From sequence record MT799840.1: 64,000 nt of DNA. One strand, 5' to 3'. Under the pieces are notes generated by a model, which did no database searches, was not told the DNA's origin, and saw only the letters and a program-made list of their open reading frames with translations. Both the position numbers and the translations under genes were made by a program. Below are positions 28,547 through 37,444 of the stretch, one piece after another; within the stretch, counting starts at the first letter, position 1, and each line of letters begins with the position of its first letter.

Positions 28547-28579
28547 ACGAATCGTCCACTCCGTATAGGAGGTAAGTCC

Positions 28580-29179
28580 ATGAAAAAGATTTATAAAATT
28601 GCGGTAATCGGTTCTCGGAAGACTGATGAAGATACCATGTCTGAAATGTACATGCGATTGTTACGCGGGTTTAATGCGTTGCACGCCAAAGGTTACACGA
28701 TTCAATTTTCTTCTGGCGGCTGCTGGTGTGGCCCAGACCAATTGCAATTCCGATTTGCCCGACAGTGGGCGAATACAATAGACCAGAACACTGGCAAGAA
28801 AGTGGTGTGGGATGACGAGTTCATCTGCTATTTACCCGATGAGAAAAAGCTTTGGCTCAAGAAACAGAACCCCAACGTAGAGTTCCGTGTAATCCCTCAG
28901 GACGACCGCTATCGTGAGATAGTAGGTAAGCTTCATCCCGCGCCAGAAAAGCTCCAGGAGTTCGCCTGGGCGCTTCACGGGCGTAATCTGAATATAATTA
29001 TGGGCGATGATTTAGCAACGCCTGTAGACGCAGTTTATTACTCTGCGCCTTTAGATAAACAAGGTAATCCGACCGGCGGTACTGCCATGGGCGTGAAATA
29101 CGCTAAGCAGTGTGGTATTCCTTGTTACCACCATGCGCTTGAAGGACATCTGTGGCTTGAGAGCTTGTGCTTATTATGA
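28580..29179 (+). CDS. SLOG-superfamily (DprA/YspA-like) protein
   Basis: IAVIGSR, SGGCWCGPD, GGTAMGVKYAKQCGIP motifs. Confidence 0.75.
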   Translation: MKKIYKIAVIGSRKTDEDTMSEMYMRLLRGFNALHAKGYTIQFSSGGCWCGPDQLQFRFARQWANTIDQNTGKKVVWDDEFICYLPDEKKLWLKKQNPNVEFRVIPQDDRYREIVGKLHPAPEKLQEFAWALHGRNLNIIMGDDLATPVDAVYYSAPLDKQGNPTGGTAMGVKYAKQCGIPCYHHALEGHLWLESLCLL

Positions 29180-29209
29180 CCACGTTGCCTTTAATCAGAG
29201 GTCGCTATT

Positions 29210-29482
29210 ATGCAAACTACCAGTTTAGCTCGTCGTTTGTGGGAAGCATTCTTCCCTACGCCGTCAAAACCGATTAAGAAGGTGACTAGCCTTCGCTTGT
29301 TCCCAGGCTCCGAGGATGAGTTCTTCGATTACCTGGAACGCCACGGTTTTGATTCGAAAGTCGCACCACAAGAAAATGACCCAATTCAGACAGTTTACAC
29401 CACGCCGGATACGGGAGAGATATTTGCCTTGTGTGTTCGCTGGCCACATCGCAACTATTACTATACTTTGACGCAGATATAA
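29210..29482 (+). CDS. Hypothetical protein
   Basis: 90 aa with SD GAGG. Confidence 0.6.
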   Translation: MQTTSLARRLWEAFFPTPSKPIKKVTSLRLFPGSEDEFFDYLERHGFDSKVAPQENDPIQTVYTTPDTGEIFALCVRWPHRNYYYTLTQI

Positions 29483-29492
29483 GGAGCAGGGG

Positions 29493-30626
29493 ATGTCGAC
29501 GCTCGATTTAGATTTAGAAGTCCTGACTGACGACTACGATCGCCTGGTCGCACTCGAAGGTCTGGGAGTTAAGCCCGACTTCCCTGCGGTTTGTGCGATT
29601 CGTCAGCGTTGGTGCTTAACCGATGACGGTGAAGATATGTTGGTTGCTCGTGAATCGCGTGAAGCGATGGAGCGTGCTCAGTTTATGACTGATACCGACC
29701 CGCGGGCTGGCATCCATCGCGCAGCAGGGCGCATTACTGCGAAAGCTGTTAAAGGCGCTGGAAAGCTAGTGGGTGCTGGACTAGGTGCAACCGCAAAGGG
29801 TGCGGGTAAACTTTCGAAAAAGCTCGCATTACGCTTTTACGATTTCGCGGAAGCGCTAGCGAAAGAACAAGCCGACCGTTTGAAAGAAATAACTTCGAAA
29901 GCTGCTTTCATGGAACGTAAGCTCAATAAGCTTAAAACGCGAATGTCGCTGCTAGATGACCACAAAACACTCGCTGCAGTTGACGTTCACACGAGCAGCT
30001 GGACGTCTAAAATTTGTTTTGAAGATCGACCCGATTTTGAAGCGTGTGTTCAGTTTTCTAAACAAACAAATGCGTACGAAGGCGTCGTGCAAAAGTACAC
30101 GGTTTACACACGCACCGCTCTGAAGAAAAGCAAAGCATTCGAAGGGCCGGGCTTAAAACAAATCAGCAAGTCCACGAACTGGGCAGTTAAGCGTGCTGCT
30201 GGGTTGCTTGGCATCATCGATCCCTTTAAAAAGGTGGAAGCTTTTCCTGTCCCTGGAAATATCGTTGTGGTTGAGCACCATAGTGGTAAGGTCAGCTGGG
30301 CAATTGCGCGTGACGGTGAGTACGGTGAAACCATTAAATCGCTGGATATGCATCAGTGTGGGAAAGCAATAGAGGCTGTGGAAGCACTTATCAAATCTAT
30401 TGCTGCACGCGGAACAAAGAACCGCGTTGTGGGCTACACTGGTATCTACGAAGAAGTGGAAGCGATGAAGTCCGAGCTTAAGAACCTGGAAGGGGCTGAG
30501 CTGAAGGAAGCTACTCTGCGCTATCGCAATGCAATGGCAATGGAAGACGCATTCACCACGGCACTGGTACGCGTGGCGGAGGGTCTAATGGAGTGGACGA
30601 AGCAATCGCTGGCCGAGGTGAACTGA
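29493..30626 (+). CDS. Probable internal head (protease-processed) protein
   Basis: 377 aa; acidic N-terminus with A-x-E motifs (ALE, ARE, AME), basic helical body. Confidence 0.55.
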   Translation: MSTLDLDLEVLTDDYDRLVALEGLGVKPDFPAVCAIRQRWCLTDDGEDMLVARESREAMERAQFMTDTDPRAGIHRAAGRITAKAVKGAGKLVGAGLGATAKGAGKLSKKLALRFYDFAEALAKEQADRLKEITSKAAFMERKLNKLKTRMSLLDDHKTLAAVDVHTSSWTSKICFEDRPDFEACVQFSKQTNAYEGVVQKYTVYTRTALKKSKAFEGPGLKQISKSTNWAVKRAAGLLGIIDPFKKVEAFPVPGNIVVVEHHSGKVSWAIARDGEYGETIKSLDMHQCGKAIEAVEALIKSIAARGTKNRVVGYTGIYEEVEAMKSELKNLEGAELKEATLRYRNAMAMEDAFTTALVRVAEGLMEWTKQSLAEVN

Positions 30627-31087
30627 TGAAGATTATTACCATAGTGGGGCCAGACACGGCTAACGGCAGGAAATATTCCACAGATATCCTCGCGCTTTAT
30701 AACGAGCTGGACAAAAGCGAAATAGAAAGCTATCGAAAAGAGACGGGTATTAATGTCCGTTTTACGCCGGCTAAATCGTTAGCCGAGCGCTTCCGGGGTC
30801 GTTTACTGGCGGTCGTGGACGACGGTGTCTTGTATGGCTTTGCGCAATACCGCACGATGACTGAAGAGGGTGTGACGATGATGTCGGTATCCTCACTGGT
30901 CGTTAGCAGCAGCGCACGTGGTAAAGGTTACGGCACCGCGTTGATGGATGCGGTAAAGAAATCCGCAACGGAAAAAGGGTGTACAGTTGTTCACCTGTCC
31001 GTGAACGCCGGTAACGCTGCCGCGAAGTCGCTCTACGACAAAGCTGGCTTTAAGGTAGGTGCTTACCAGATGTATTGGAGGGTGTGA
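30626..31087 (+). CDS. GNAT-family acetyltransferase
   Basis: LVVSSSARGKGYGTALM; NAAAKSLYDKAGF. Confidence 0.88.
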   Translation: MKIITIVGPDTANGRKYSTDILALYNELDKSEIESYRKETGINVRFTPAKSLAERFRGRLLAVVDDGVLYGFAQYRTMTEEGVTMMSVSSLVVSSSARGKGYGTALMDAVKKSATEKGCTVVHLSVNAGNAAAKSLYDKAGFKVGAYQMYWRV

Positions 31088-31551
31088 TGAAAATTGTTTT
31101 TGTCACCAAGCCCAACTCTCCGTATGGAAAGAAATACTACGCGGACTTGTTAGGACTACACAACAAGTTATACGACGATCAGAAAATAAAACTTGCCGAC
31201 TTAAACGGTCGTGAAGGGTTTAATCAAATCACAAAACTGGAGGAGGTTTGGGGTGAAGGTACGCTGTGCGCTTGCGCCGTTGATGACCGTGGTGTGGCTG
31301 TTGGCTTCATCACCTTCGGCTACACCAAAAAGGGACAACGTTTCCTCTGGGTATATAACTTTTTTGTAGATGAATCGGTTCGTTCACAAGGCGTTGGCCA
31401 TGAACTGATCGAAGCCGTAGAGAACTATGGCAAATCAAAAGGCTGCGCATGGATGCAGCTTAACGTGCTCGGTAATAACGACCGTGCTATTGCGTTTTAT
31501 GAACGTTTCGGATTCCGAACTGAATACCAGGATATGGTAAAGGAGCTTTAA
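31087..31551 (+). CDS. GNAT-family acetyltransferase (tandem paralog of previous)
   Basis: FFVDESVRSQGVGHELI; NDRAIAFYERFGF; N-terminus similar to the upstream GNAT. Confidence 0.9.
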   Translation: MKIVFVTKPNSPYGKKYYADLLGLHNKLYDDQKIKLADLNGREGFNQITKLEEVWGEGTLCACAVDDRGVAVGFITFGYTKKGQRFLWVYNFFVDESVRSQGVGHELIEAVENYGKSKGCAWMQLNVLGNNDRAIAFYERFGFRTEYQDMVKEL

Positions 31552-31552
31552 C

Positions 31553-32161
31553 ATGGTAGCTGTCCGCAGCGTGCCACATCAGACTGGCTCGCGATATACT
31601 TTTTGTGTAAAGCGTTTTGGGGCAAGAAATCGCCCTGGTTGGAAGGTGGTACGTGCGATGGGACAGTTCTGGCAATTACCACCTGGCACGTTAAAATATT
31701 TTTCAGTAGACAGAATAGCCCAGTTCTTAAATGCGGCCGACCCGAGTCAACGGTCCAGCTTTATGGCAGGGATTGTTTGTCGTCCCGATGGGAAAACACG
31801 CGACGCAACAACTCGCGGAATCTACTGGACAGGACAGAACGCGTTTCAGGTTGGTTTACCTTGCCTGAAGTGTGAAGTGACGCCGTTTAATGGCCCGTAT
31901 GCCAATGCGCATTTCACCGGTATCCTTGTGTCGTTCCCAGACGACCCGTCTTTAAACTACTTTTTATCAGTGGACAAAGACGTCAGTATTGATACCTTCT
32001 ACAAATACTTGTTGTTTTACAGCCGGTATATCCGCGTGACTCCTGTGCATGAAGATTGGTATTATAAAAATCCCTTGAACTATGGGAGGGACAGGAGACT
32101 AGAAGGATGTTCTATCGAGAGCTTCAACTCTGTACCGCAGCGCTCCATGGCGCTAATGTGA
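31553..32161 (+). CDS. Hypothetical protein
   Basis: 202 aa with SD AAGGAG. Confidence 0.6.
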   Translation: MVAVRSVPHQTGSRYTFCVKRFGARNRPGWKVVRAMGQFWQLPPGTLKYFSVDRIAQFLNAADPSQRSSFMAGIVCRPDGKTRDATTRGIYWTGQNAFQVGLPCLKCEVTPFNGPYANAHFTGILVSFPDDPSLNYFLSVDKDVSIDTFYKYLLFYSRYIRVTPVHEDWYYKNPLNYGRDRRLEGCSIESFNSVPQRSMALM

Positions 32162-32478
32162 GCAAGAACGGGGACCTGGAAGACGTCGCGCAAGCCTTAC
32201 GGACCGTGCCAGAGGTTGACCAGGTCGACATCGACGCTAAGTATCTAGGCGACGGCGTAAAGCGTATTCAGTTGACCGTGCGAGCCAAACATGGCAGCTG
32301 CTCGTTACATTTCCGAGTCAGTGCGGATTATTTCCTGGTACTGCGCTCCACATTCAGTCACGATGGTCGGACTCACCGGGTTCGGTGGATGCACGACATT
32401 ACTAAATTTGGCTACCCGCTTGCAGAACAACGTAAAGTCGTTCATGACTTTATGACTGCAGTCGTTGCGGGGTTTTAA
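32107..32478 (+). CDS. Hypothetical protein
   Basis: 123 aa, SD GGAG, overlaps upstream gene. Confidence 0.55.
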   Translation: MFYRELQLCTAALHGANVSKNGDLEDVAQALRTVPEVDQVDIDAKYLGDGVKRIQLTVRAKHGSCSLHFRVSADYFLVLRSTFSHDGRTHRVRWMHDITKFGYPLAEQRKVVHDFMTAVVAGF

Positions 32479-32487
32479 GGGGAAACT

Positions 32488-33087
32488 GTGATGTCTGAGA
32501 TGATTCTCGATTCGCTGTTTTTGATTACGGTTGCAAACATCAATAAAAACGGCAATCTTCCAGAATACGTAGACATAAGTCGTCATGGCTTTAAGCGTCG
32601 TTATCAAATCGGTAAGGTACTAGAGATTGCCTGTTTAGTAACGAACATGCGTAGACCGGTGGAAGGCTGTAGCGTTAAACACGCACAGATGATACTCGGA
32701 CGTGCTATTTCGGAAGTACGTCGTAAGCGTCGTCGTGCACCGTATCGCTTTTATCCTAACTCCACCAAACAGGTGGTGGGCGAAGGTGATGGCGTGGTTG
32801 ATTTGCGTGAGGCTAGTTGTAATGTAGGTGGCATTGCGCGTGACTGGTTAATGAGCATTATCAGTAAGCATCCACGTACACCTACGCCGCAAGAAGGACA
32901 GGCGGTACTCGCACTTATGCGTAAGACCCATTTGGTGATCACCGATACACCGAATCAGGCAGCACGAATGCAGCACTATTTGGCGTGTCGTGGCTTTACC
33001 ACACTCGCGGTGCCTTCAGAATACGCAACTGATATTAAACTTCCGCCAGTCCCCGAGTGGTCTGAACCGAAAGTTGATCATCAGTGA
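32488..33087 (+). CDS. Hypothetical basic protein
   Basis: 199 aa, followed by terminator-like hairpin. Confidence 0.6.
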   Translation: MMSEMILDSLFLITVANINKNGNLPEYVDISRHGFKRRYQIGKVLEIACLVTNMRRPVEGCSVKHAQMILGRAISEVRRKRRRAPYRFYPNSTKQVVGEGDGVVDLREASCNVGGIARDWLMSIISKHPRTPTPQEGQAVLALMRKTHLVITDTPNQAARMQHYLACRGFTTLAVPSEYATDIKLPPVPEWSEPKVDHQ

Positions 33088-33092
33088 GTTAT

Positions 33093-33130
33093 ACCCACTC
33101 CTTCGGGAGTGGGTCGACTCTATTGTTTTT
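33093..33130 (+). terminator. Terminator-like hairpin
   Basis: ACCCACTCC-TTCG-GGAGTGGGT, displaced T-tract. Confidence 0.65.
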
Positions 33131-33155
33131 CGGATAGATATTATTTTAGGGAGAC
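33127..33155 (+). promoter_or_regulatory. Variant early-type promoter
   Basis: TTTTCGGATAGATATTATTTTAGGGAGAC. Confidence 0.6.
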
Positions 33156-33164
33156 GTGCAAAAT

Positions 33165-33187
33165 TTACGTTTCATCCTTAGCATATG
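33165..33187 (+). promoter_or_regulatory. Bipartite promoter TTAC-N15-TATG
   Basis: AAATTTAC GTTTCATCCTTAGCA TATG. Confidence 0.65.
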
Positions 33188-33244
33188 CTAGAAGCCGTTG
33201 TGAGTCGGTTAAAACTCACCAACTTAAACTAAGAGAGAAATACC

Positions 33245-34003
33245 ATGACTGTTAATACTACGAAGAAAGAGTTCCTGTCCGTCCCCACTGCCTGTGGCGA
33301 ATATCGTTATGTATTTTTGTATAACGAAGAGATGATCGGTAAGGGCGGGATGCCGATTATGATAGAGCATAAGCTCATCAGCGCTAAAACAGGCGGTACC
33401 GTTGTACATGGCACGACTGAGTTCTTCGCAACTAACGCAACGCGGGAAGATGTTATTCGCGGGTTGCTGAAAGCACTGCGTGAAGTCTCAGCCAGGATGT
33501 TCTTTAAACACATCGCCCGTAAGCCTGAACTTATCCCCGCGTGGAAAGAGTTCGACTTAGAAGCACTGCGTGAAGCTGCACCACGCTATGTCTTCATTGA
33601 AGAATGCATCAATGCGTATTTTAAAGACGTGATGCAAACCGAGCGATTGGTAAATAAAGCATCCGAAACAGGAAATCGTTTCTTCCGCAGTGTCAAATTT
33701 AAAGAAGACCTCCGGGCTAACTTCAACGATATTGAACTGCGTGTTACCCGCCGCATGACACTGCTGCGTCCCGAATCGGATACGCCGCAGGCCATGTTGT
33801 CTTATTCCTTGGCCCCTTCTGCGTTGTTTAACAAACGCGAAGGCTTCAGTGTAATGTCGCTCAATTTCACTAACAAGTACGCATTAGGGGAATGGCCGTC
33901 ATTAAATGCATTCTTCAAAAGTCCGGGCATCAAGCCGGTCATCGAAGCATGGATTGAGCACACCTGGACACCAGAAATGAAGAACCACAAGGCTATCGAG
34001 TAA
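33245..34003 (+). CDS. Hypothetical protein
   Basis: 252 aa behind tandem early and bipartite promoters. Confidence 0.65.
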   Translation: MTVNTTKKEFLSVPTACGEYRYVFLYNEEMIGKGGMPIMIEHKLISAKTGGTVVHGTTEFFATNATREDVIRGLLKALREVSARMFFKHIARKPELIPAWKEFDLEALREAAPRYVFIEECINAYFKDVMQTERLVNKASETGNRFFRSVKFKEDLRANFNDIELRVTRRMTLLRPESDTPQAMLSYSLAPSALFNKREGFSVMSLNFTNKYALGEWPSLNAFFKSPGIKPVIEAWIEHTWTPEMKNHKAIE

Positions 34004-34016
34004 TAACATCTAATGT

Positions 34017-34056
34017 CAGGCATCCTTCGGGGTGCCTGTTTTATTTTTTTTTCTTT
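34017..34056 (+). terminator. Intrinsic terminator
   Basis: CAGGCATCC-TTCG-GGGTGCCTG + T-tract. Confidence 0.85.
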
Positions 34057-34077
34057 ACGTCTGGTCGCTATATTGTG
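34055..34077 (+). promoter_or_regulatory. Bipartite promoter TTAC-N15-TGTG
   Basis: Upstream of tmk. Confidence 0.6.
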
Positions 34078-34116
34078 ACACCACTACAATTAATTAAACT
34101 CTTGGGGAAGAATAAA

Positions 34117-34740
34117 ATGTTAAACTCAGTGGCGCTGGATGGTCCGGACTTTTCTAGCAAATCAACACTCGCGAAAATGATTCAAGCGATGTTGCGCTCC
34201 GCTGGCGTTAATGTCATCATCGTCAATCACCCGACGAATACCACTGAAGCCGGTATTAGTGCACGTTCTCTGGTTATCCAGCACGCTTCTAACGAACGCA
34301 TTGCTAAAGCGATGTGTCTGGATTTCCAATACACGATGGATTTCGTTGTACCAGAGCACGATGTCGTTATTTTTGACCGTTTTTGTCAATCGACCATTGT
34401 CTACCAAGGCGTCGATGGTAAAGGGGAAGTTTTCCGTTCACGGGTATTAGACCACATTAACGCACCGAAACTTTACGTGGCAACCGATGTATCCTACGAA
34501 ACCGCCACAGAACGCTTTAAGAAGCGCGCAGAGGCCCAGGGCAAGAACTGGGATGATGAGGTACTGACAGCGAAGTATCTGCGCTCACAGACTGATTGGG
34601 ACGCGTTACGCGACCACTACCGTTTTGCTTTCCACATCACCACAGATGGCGGCGATAAGTTCCCGCTGATGCGTGTTACGGCTGACGACGATATAGCGTT
34701 ACAAGCCGCGCGTATCGTTGAACGTATTCTGGCAGGTTAG
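34117..34740 (+). CDS. tmk: Thymidylate (dTMP) kinase
   Basis: VALDGPDFSSKST P-loop, NHP (usual REP), FDRFCQSTIVYQG motif. Confidence 0.85.
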   Translation: MLNSVALDGPDFSSKSTLAKMIQAMLRSAGVNVIIVNHPTNTTEAGISARSLVIQHASNERIAKAMCLDFQYTMDFVVPEHDVVIFDRFCQSTIVYQGVDGKGEVFRSRVLDHINAPKLYVATDVSYETATERFKKRAEAQGKNWDDEVLTAKYLRSQTDWDALRDHYRFAFHITTDGGDKFPLMRVTADDDIALQAARIVERILAG

Positions 34741-34742
34741 TT

Positions 34743-34783
34743 GTACCCCTCTTACCTTCGGGTAAGAGGGTATTGTCTTTTTT
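34743..34783 (+). terminator. Intrinsic terminator (identical core to 7667)
   Basis: 28-nt exact match to 7667-7694. Confidence 0.85.
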
Positions 34784-34804
34784 ACAGATCAGAACAGTCT
34801 TATG
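34782..34804 (+). promoter_or_regulatory. Bipartite promoter TTAC-N15-TATG
   Basis: Upstream of early cassette and HTH gene. Confidence 0.6.
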
Positions 34805-34827
34805 CTTTTTGCTTCCACTCCACTAAA

Positions 34828-34903
34828 TTTCAGATATATATTACTTAGGTGAGAGTTACTACTAAACTCTCTAATCGACTATTAATCTAAAAGGAGTATT
34901 CTA
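34828..34903 (+). promoter_or_regulatory. Early promoter cassette, copy 2
   Basis: TTTCAGATATATATTACTTAGGTGA + hairpin + AATCGACTATT + SD. Confidence 0.8.
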
Positions 34904-35269
34904 ATGCGTTTTAAACATCAAACCGTTGTGTTGGCAAAGAAAGCGTTTTTGGTTCGTCTTTCTTACATTATTACTCGTGTCACTGCGAAGGACGTTACGC
35001 AGAAAGACATTGCGTTATTAGTAGGCTGCTCACCGTCACAAATATCTGCGATTAAAAATGAACGTGAGAAGGCCGTGACTATCGAAACATTGATGCGGGT
35101 TGCTGATACACTGCGCCTGAATTACGAAATCGTCTACCGTTCTATCAACGGTAAATGTCGTCATAGCTTTAAAATTGAATCATGCATCGATTACATGAAC
35201 AACTGTCCTATCCGGGTACGAGAAACAGGACTTAAAGTCATGGCACGTAAACCTTCTGCAGTAATGTAG
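34904..35269 (+). CDS. XRE/Cro-C1 helix-turn-helix protein
   Basis: VTQKDIALLVGCSPSQISAIKNE...VTIETLMRVADTL is a canonical HTH_3 pattern. Confidence 0.85.
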   Translation: MRFKHQTVVLAKKAFLVRLSYIITRVTAKDVTQKDIALLVGCSPSQISAIKNEREKAVTIETLMRVADTLRLNYEIVYRSINGKCRHSFKIESCIDYMNNCPIRVRETGLKVMARKPSAVM

Positions 35270-35280
35270 GGAGCAAACGT

Positions 35281-35667
35281 ATGAATTGGTTTGTAAATGG
35301 TATCACCCGTCGCGTGATGACGGAAGAGGATGATCGATGTAAACATCTTAAAGTGGGCTCTATAGCCCCGCGCTATACGGCAGAGTGCGACCCATGGGGC
35401 CGCGAAACGTATTACATGTGCGAAGACTGCTGGGAAAAACTGCAGGCTGAAATTGCAGCTGAAGAAGTGGTCTGCGACGATTGCAAAGGTACCTTCCCGA
35501 AACGGGATACTGTTGAGTGGAAATGGCACGACTTTGACCCCAGTCAAGGGGATAAAGAACTTTGTATCTGTAATAACTGCGTGTCTTTACCGACACATTT
35601 AAACCGTGTAGAGAATGACCGTCGGGCATTTGAACACGACTTTCCAGAAGCAGCTTTCTGGGATTAA
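35281..35667 (+). CDS. Cys-rich putative zinc-binding protein
   Basis: CEDC, CDDC, CICNNC motifs. Confidence 0.7.
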   Translation: MNWFVNGITRRVMTEEDDRCKHLKVGSIAPRYTAECDPWGRETYYMCEDCWEKLQAEIAAEEVVCDDCKGTFPKRDTVEWKWHDFDPSQGDKELCICNNCVSLPTHLNRVENDRRAFEHDFPEAAFWD

Positions 35668-35693
35668 CTAGTGTAAACCTTAAGGAGTATATC

Positions 35694-36350
35694 ATGGCGA
35701 AGGCCCCTAAAACTGTAGCAAAAGATTCAACGGCAAGCACCGCGACTAAATCTGCAAAAACGTCTACTACAGAATCTCCACGTTCACCTACCATTCCTAA
35801 ACCGGATGTAATTGTACCAATCAGCGAACGTCTGAAAACGATTCACATCGAACGTGAATTTCCGATTGACCTTGGTCAGGAAATCGTTGCGGTTAACCTT
35901 GGTAGCGACGTACGCTTTACCATCTATAAAGGCGCGCATCTGAACAACATGGTGCTAACCCGTGGTGATGAAGTTATCGGTCTGTCTCGTTACGACACGC
36001 AAATCGAAAACATCTATCCGGTGTTTGCAGTAGCGATGTTGCGTTTGTTCATGCAGGATAAAGCCGACCTTTGTGGTCAGCTTGCGGGTATGGCGGATCG
36101 TGTTGGTCATATTCTGCCGACGCTGGTGAAACTGTACCCAGTTACGATTGACGTGGCATTTACTACTGTAGACAACAACCACGGTTATATCGTACTGACC
36201 AAAGACGGTAAAGTTATCGCAGGCAATCTGACTGATAATGAAGTGCAGAAACATATGGACAAATTTGCGTTCATGGTGAATCGCTTGGCGCACGTCAGTG
36301 TCAAACATTCTGAAACTTGGACGACGCTTGTCTCCAAACCTGAACTGTAA
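35694..36350 (+). CDS. Hypothetical protein with low-complexity basic N-terminus
   Basis: 218 aa, SD TAAGGAG, terminator after. Confidence 0.7.
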   Translation: MAKAPKTVAKDSTASTATKSAKTSTTESPRSPTIPKPDVIVPISERLKTIHIEREFPIDLGQEIVAVNLGSDVRFTIYKGAHLNNMVLTRGDEVIGLSRYDTQIENIYPVFAVAMLRLFMQDKADLCGQLAGMADRVGHILPTLVKLYPVTIDVAFTTVDNNHGYIVLTKDGKVIAGNLTDNEVQKHMDKFAFMVNRLAHVSVKHSETWTTLVSKPEL

Positions 36351-36353
36351 TCA

Positions 36354-36390
36354 TTAAGGGGTCTTCGGACCCCTTAATTTTTTGTCTTTT
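36354..36390 (+). terminator. Intrinsic terminator
   Basis: TTAAGGGGTC-TTCG-GACCCCTTAA + T-tract. Confidence 0.85.
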
Positions 36391-36412
36391 TACGCGTTAT
36401 CCTCATGTTGTG
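36390..36412 (+). promoter_or_regulatory. Bipartite promoter TTAC-N15-TGTG
   Basis: Upstream of the GNAT-dam operon. Confidence 0.6.
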
Positions 36413-36439
36413 ACAGCATTACCTTTTGAGGGCATTACA

Positions 36440-37438
36440 ATGAAAACTGTGGCTAAATTGTTTCGCACCAGCATCCGCACTGCCGAGTTCCGAAATAACG
36501 TCGGTACCGATACTGTACGAGCACGCCGCCTAAAAGAGTTTCTAAAGGACGAGACTTATTCTGTTTACGTGGTGAAGAATAAAGAAACCTGGGAGGGTTA
36601 TTTAGTGGCCACCTATCGACACGGTGACCCTACGCTAACCTGTCACTATTTTGAGGAGTTTGTACCTGGGGCATTCGATAAAGTTGGTTTGGCTCTTGTG
36701 CTCGACCATACCGGATTCGAATATATGTCGTGCCCAGCACCTACTGACGATGTTGAACAAAAACTGGTCGAAAAAGGGTTTGTTCTTTCAGATATCGTTT
36801 GGGCATGTCATTCTAAACTGTTTGACAAAGTAATCACCGCATCAGAAATCAAGATTATTTCTGGTGATGCATACGCAGAACTTACCAAGGAAGATAAAGA
36901 CGTTATCCTGAATTTGATTAGCGGTGCAATTTGCGAAGAGCTAGAATACGATATGCGTGGCTACTATACACACATTAGTCCGTTAGCAGAAACAGTAATA
37001 GCAAGAATTCAGCACGCTAATGTGGAGACTGCAATTTGGCGAGACGGTCATGATATCGTCGGTATTGCCCAGATGCGCTTGGTTACACCAGGCGTCGTTG
37101 AACTTTCTGGTTTAACCGTTGCGCCCACGCACCGTAAACGTGGCATTGGCCGCCGGCTAATGGGCGCGCTATTCGATTTCGCACAACGTCATTCCGACCA
37201 AGTCTATATTGAAACAGCTGCTGATAATAATCCAGCAAATCACCTGTACGGTAACATCTTACGTTGCAAGCAGGTACTGCGTACACTAACGTTGAAACGC
37301 GATCCTGAACTTATTAGCTGGAAACGGGTGAATGGAAACCGCGCCGATCGTGTGCTGAAAGAAGAACCTAGCATTCCGGTGGAGACTACAACCAGGCTGA
37401 CTATTAGTGATATGTTTCAATCTGGCATGAGAGGATGA
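36440..37438 (+). CDS. Tandem-GNAT acetyltransferase
   Basis: C-terminal domain with LTVAPTHRKRGIGRRLM and NNPANHLY; N-terminal domain looks like a degenerate GNAT. Confidence 0.8.
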   Translation: MKTVAKLFRTSIRTAEFRNNVGTDTVRARRLKEFLKDETYSVYVVKNKETWEGYLVATYRHGDPTLTCHYFEEFVPGAFDKVGLALVLDHTGFEYMSCPAPTDDVEQKLVEKGFVLSDIVWACHSKLFDKVITASEIKIISGDAYAELTKEDKDVILNLISGAICEELEYDMRGYYTHISPLAETVIARIQHANVETAIWRDGHDIVGIAQMRLVTPGVVELSGLTVAPTHRKRGIGRRLMGALFDFAQRHSDQVYIETAADNNPANHLYGNILRCKQVLRTLTLKRDPELISWKRVNGNRADRVLKEEPSIPVETTTRLTISDMFQSGMRG

Positions 37439-37444
37439 TAACGG

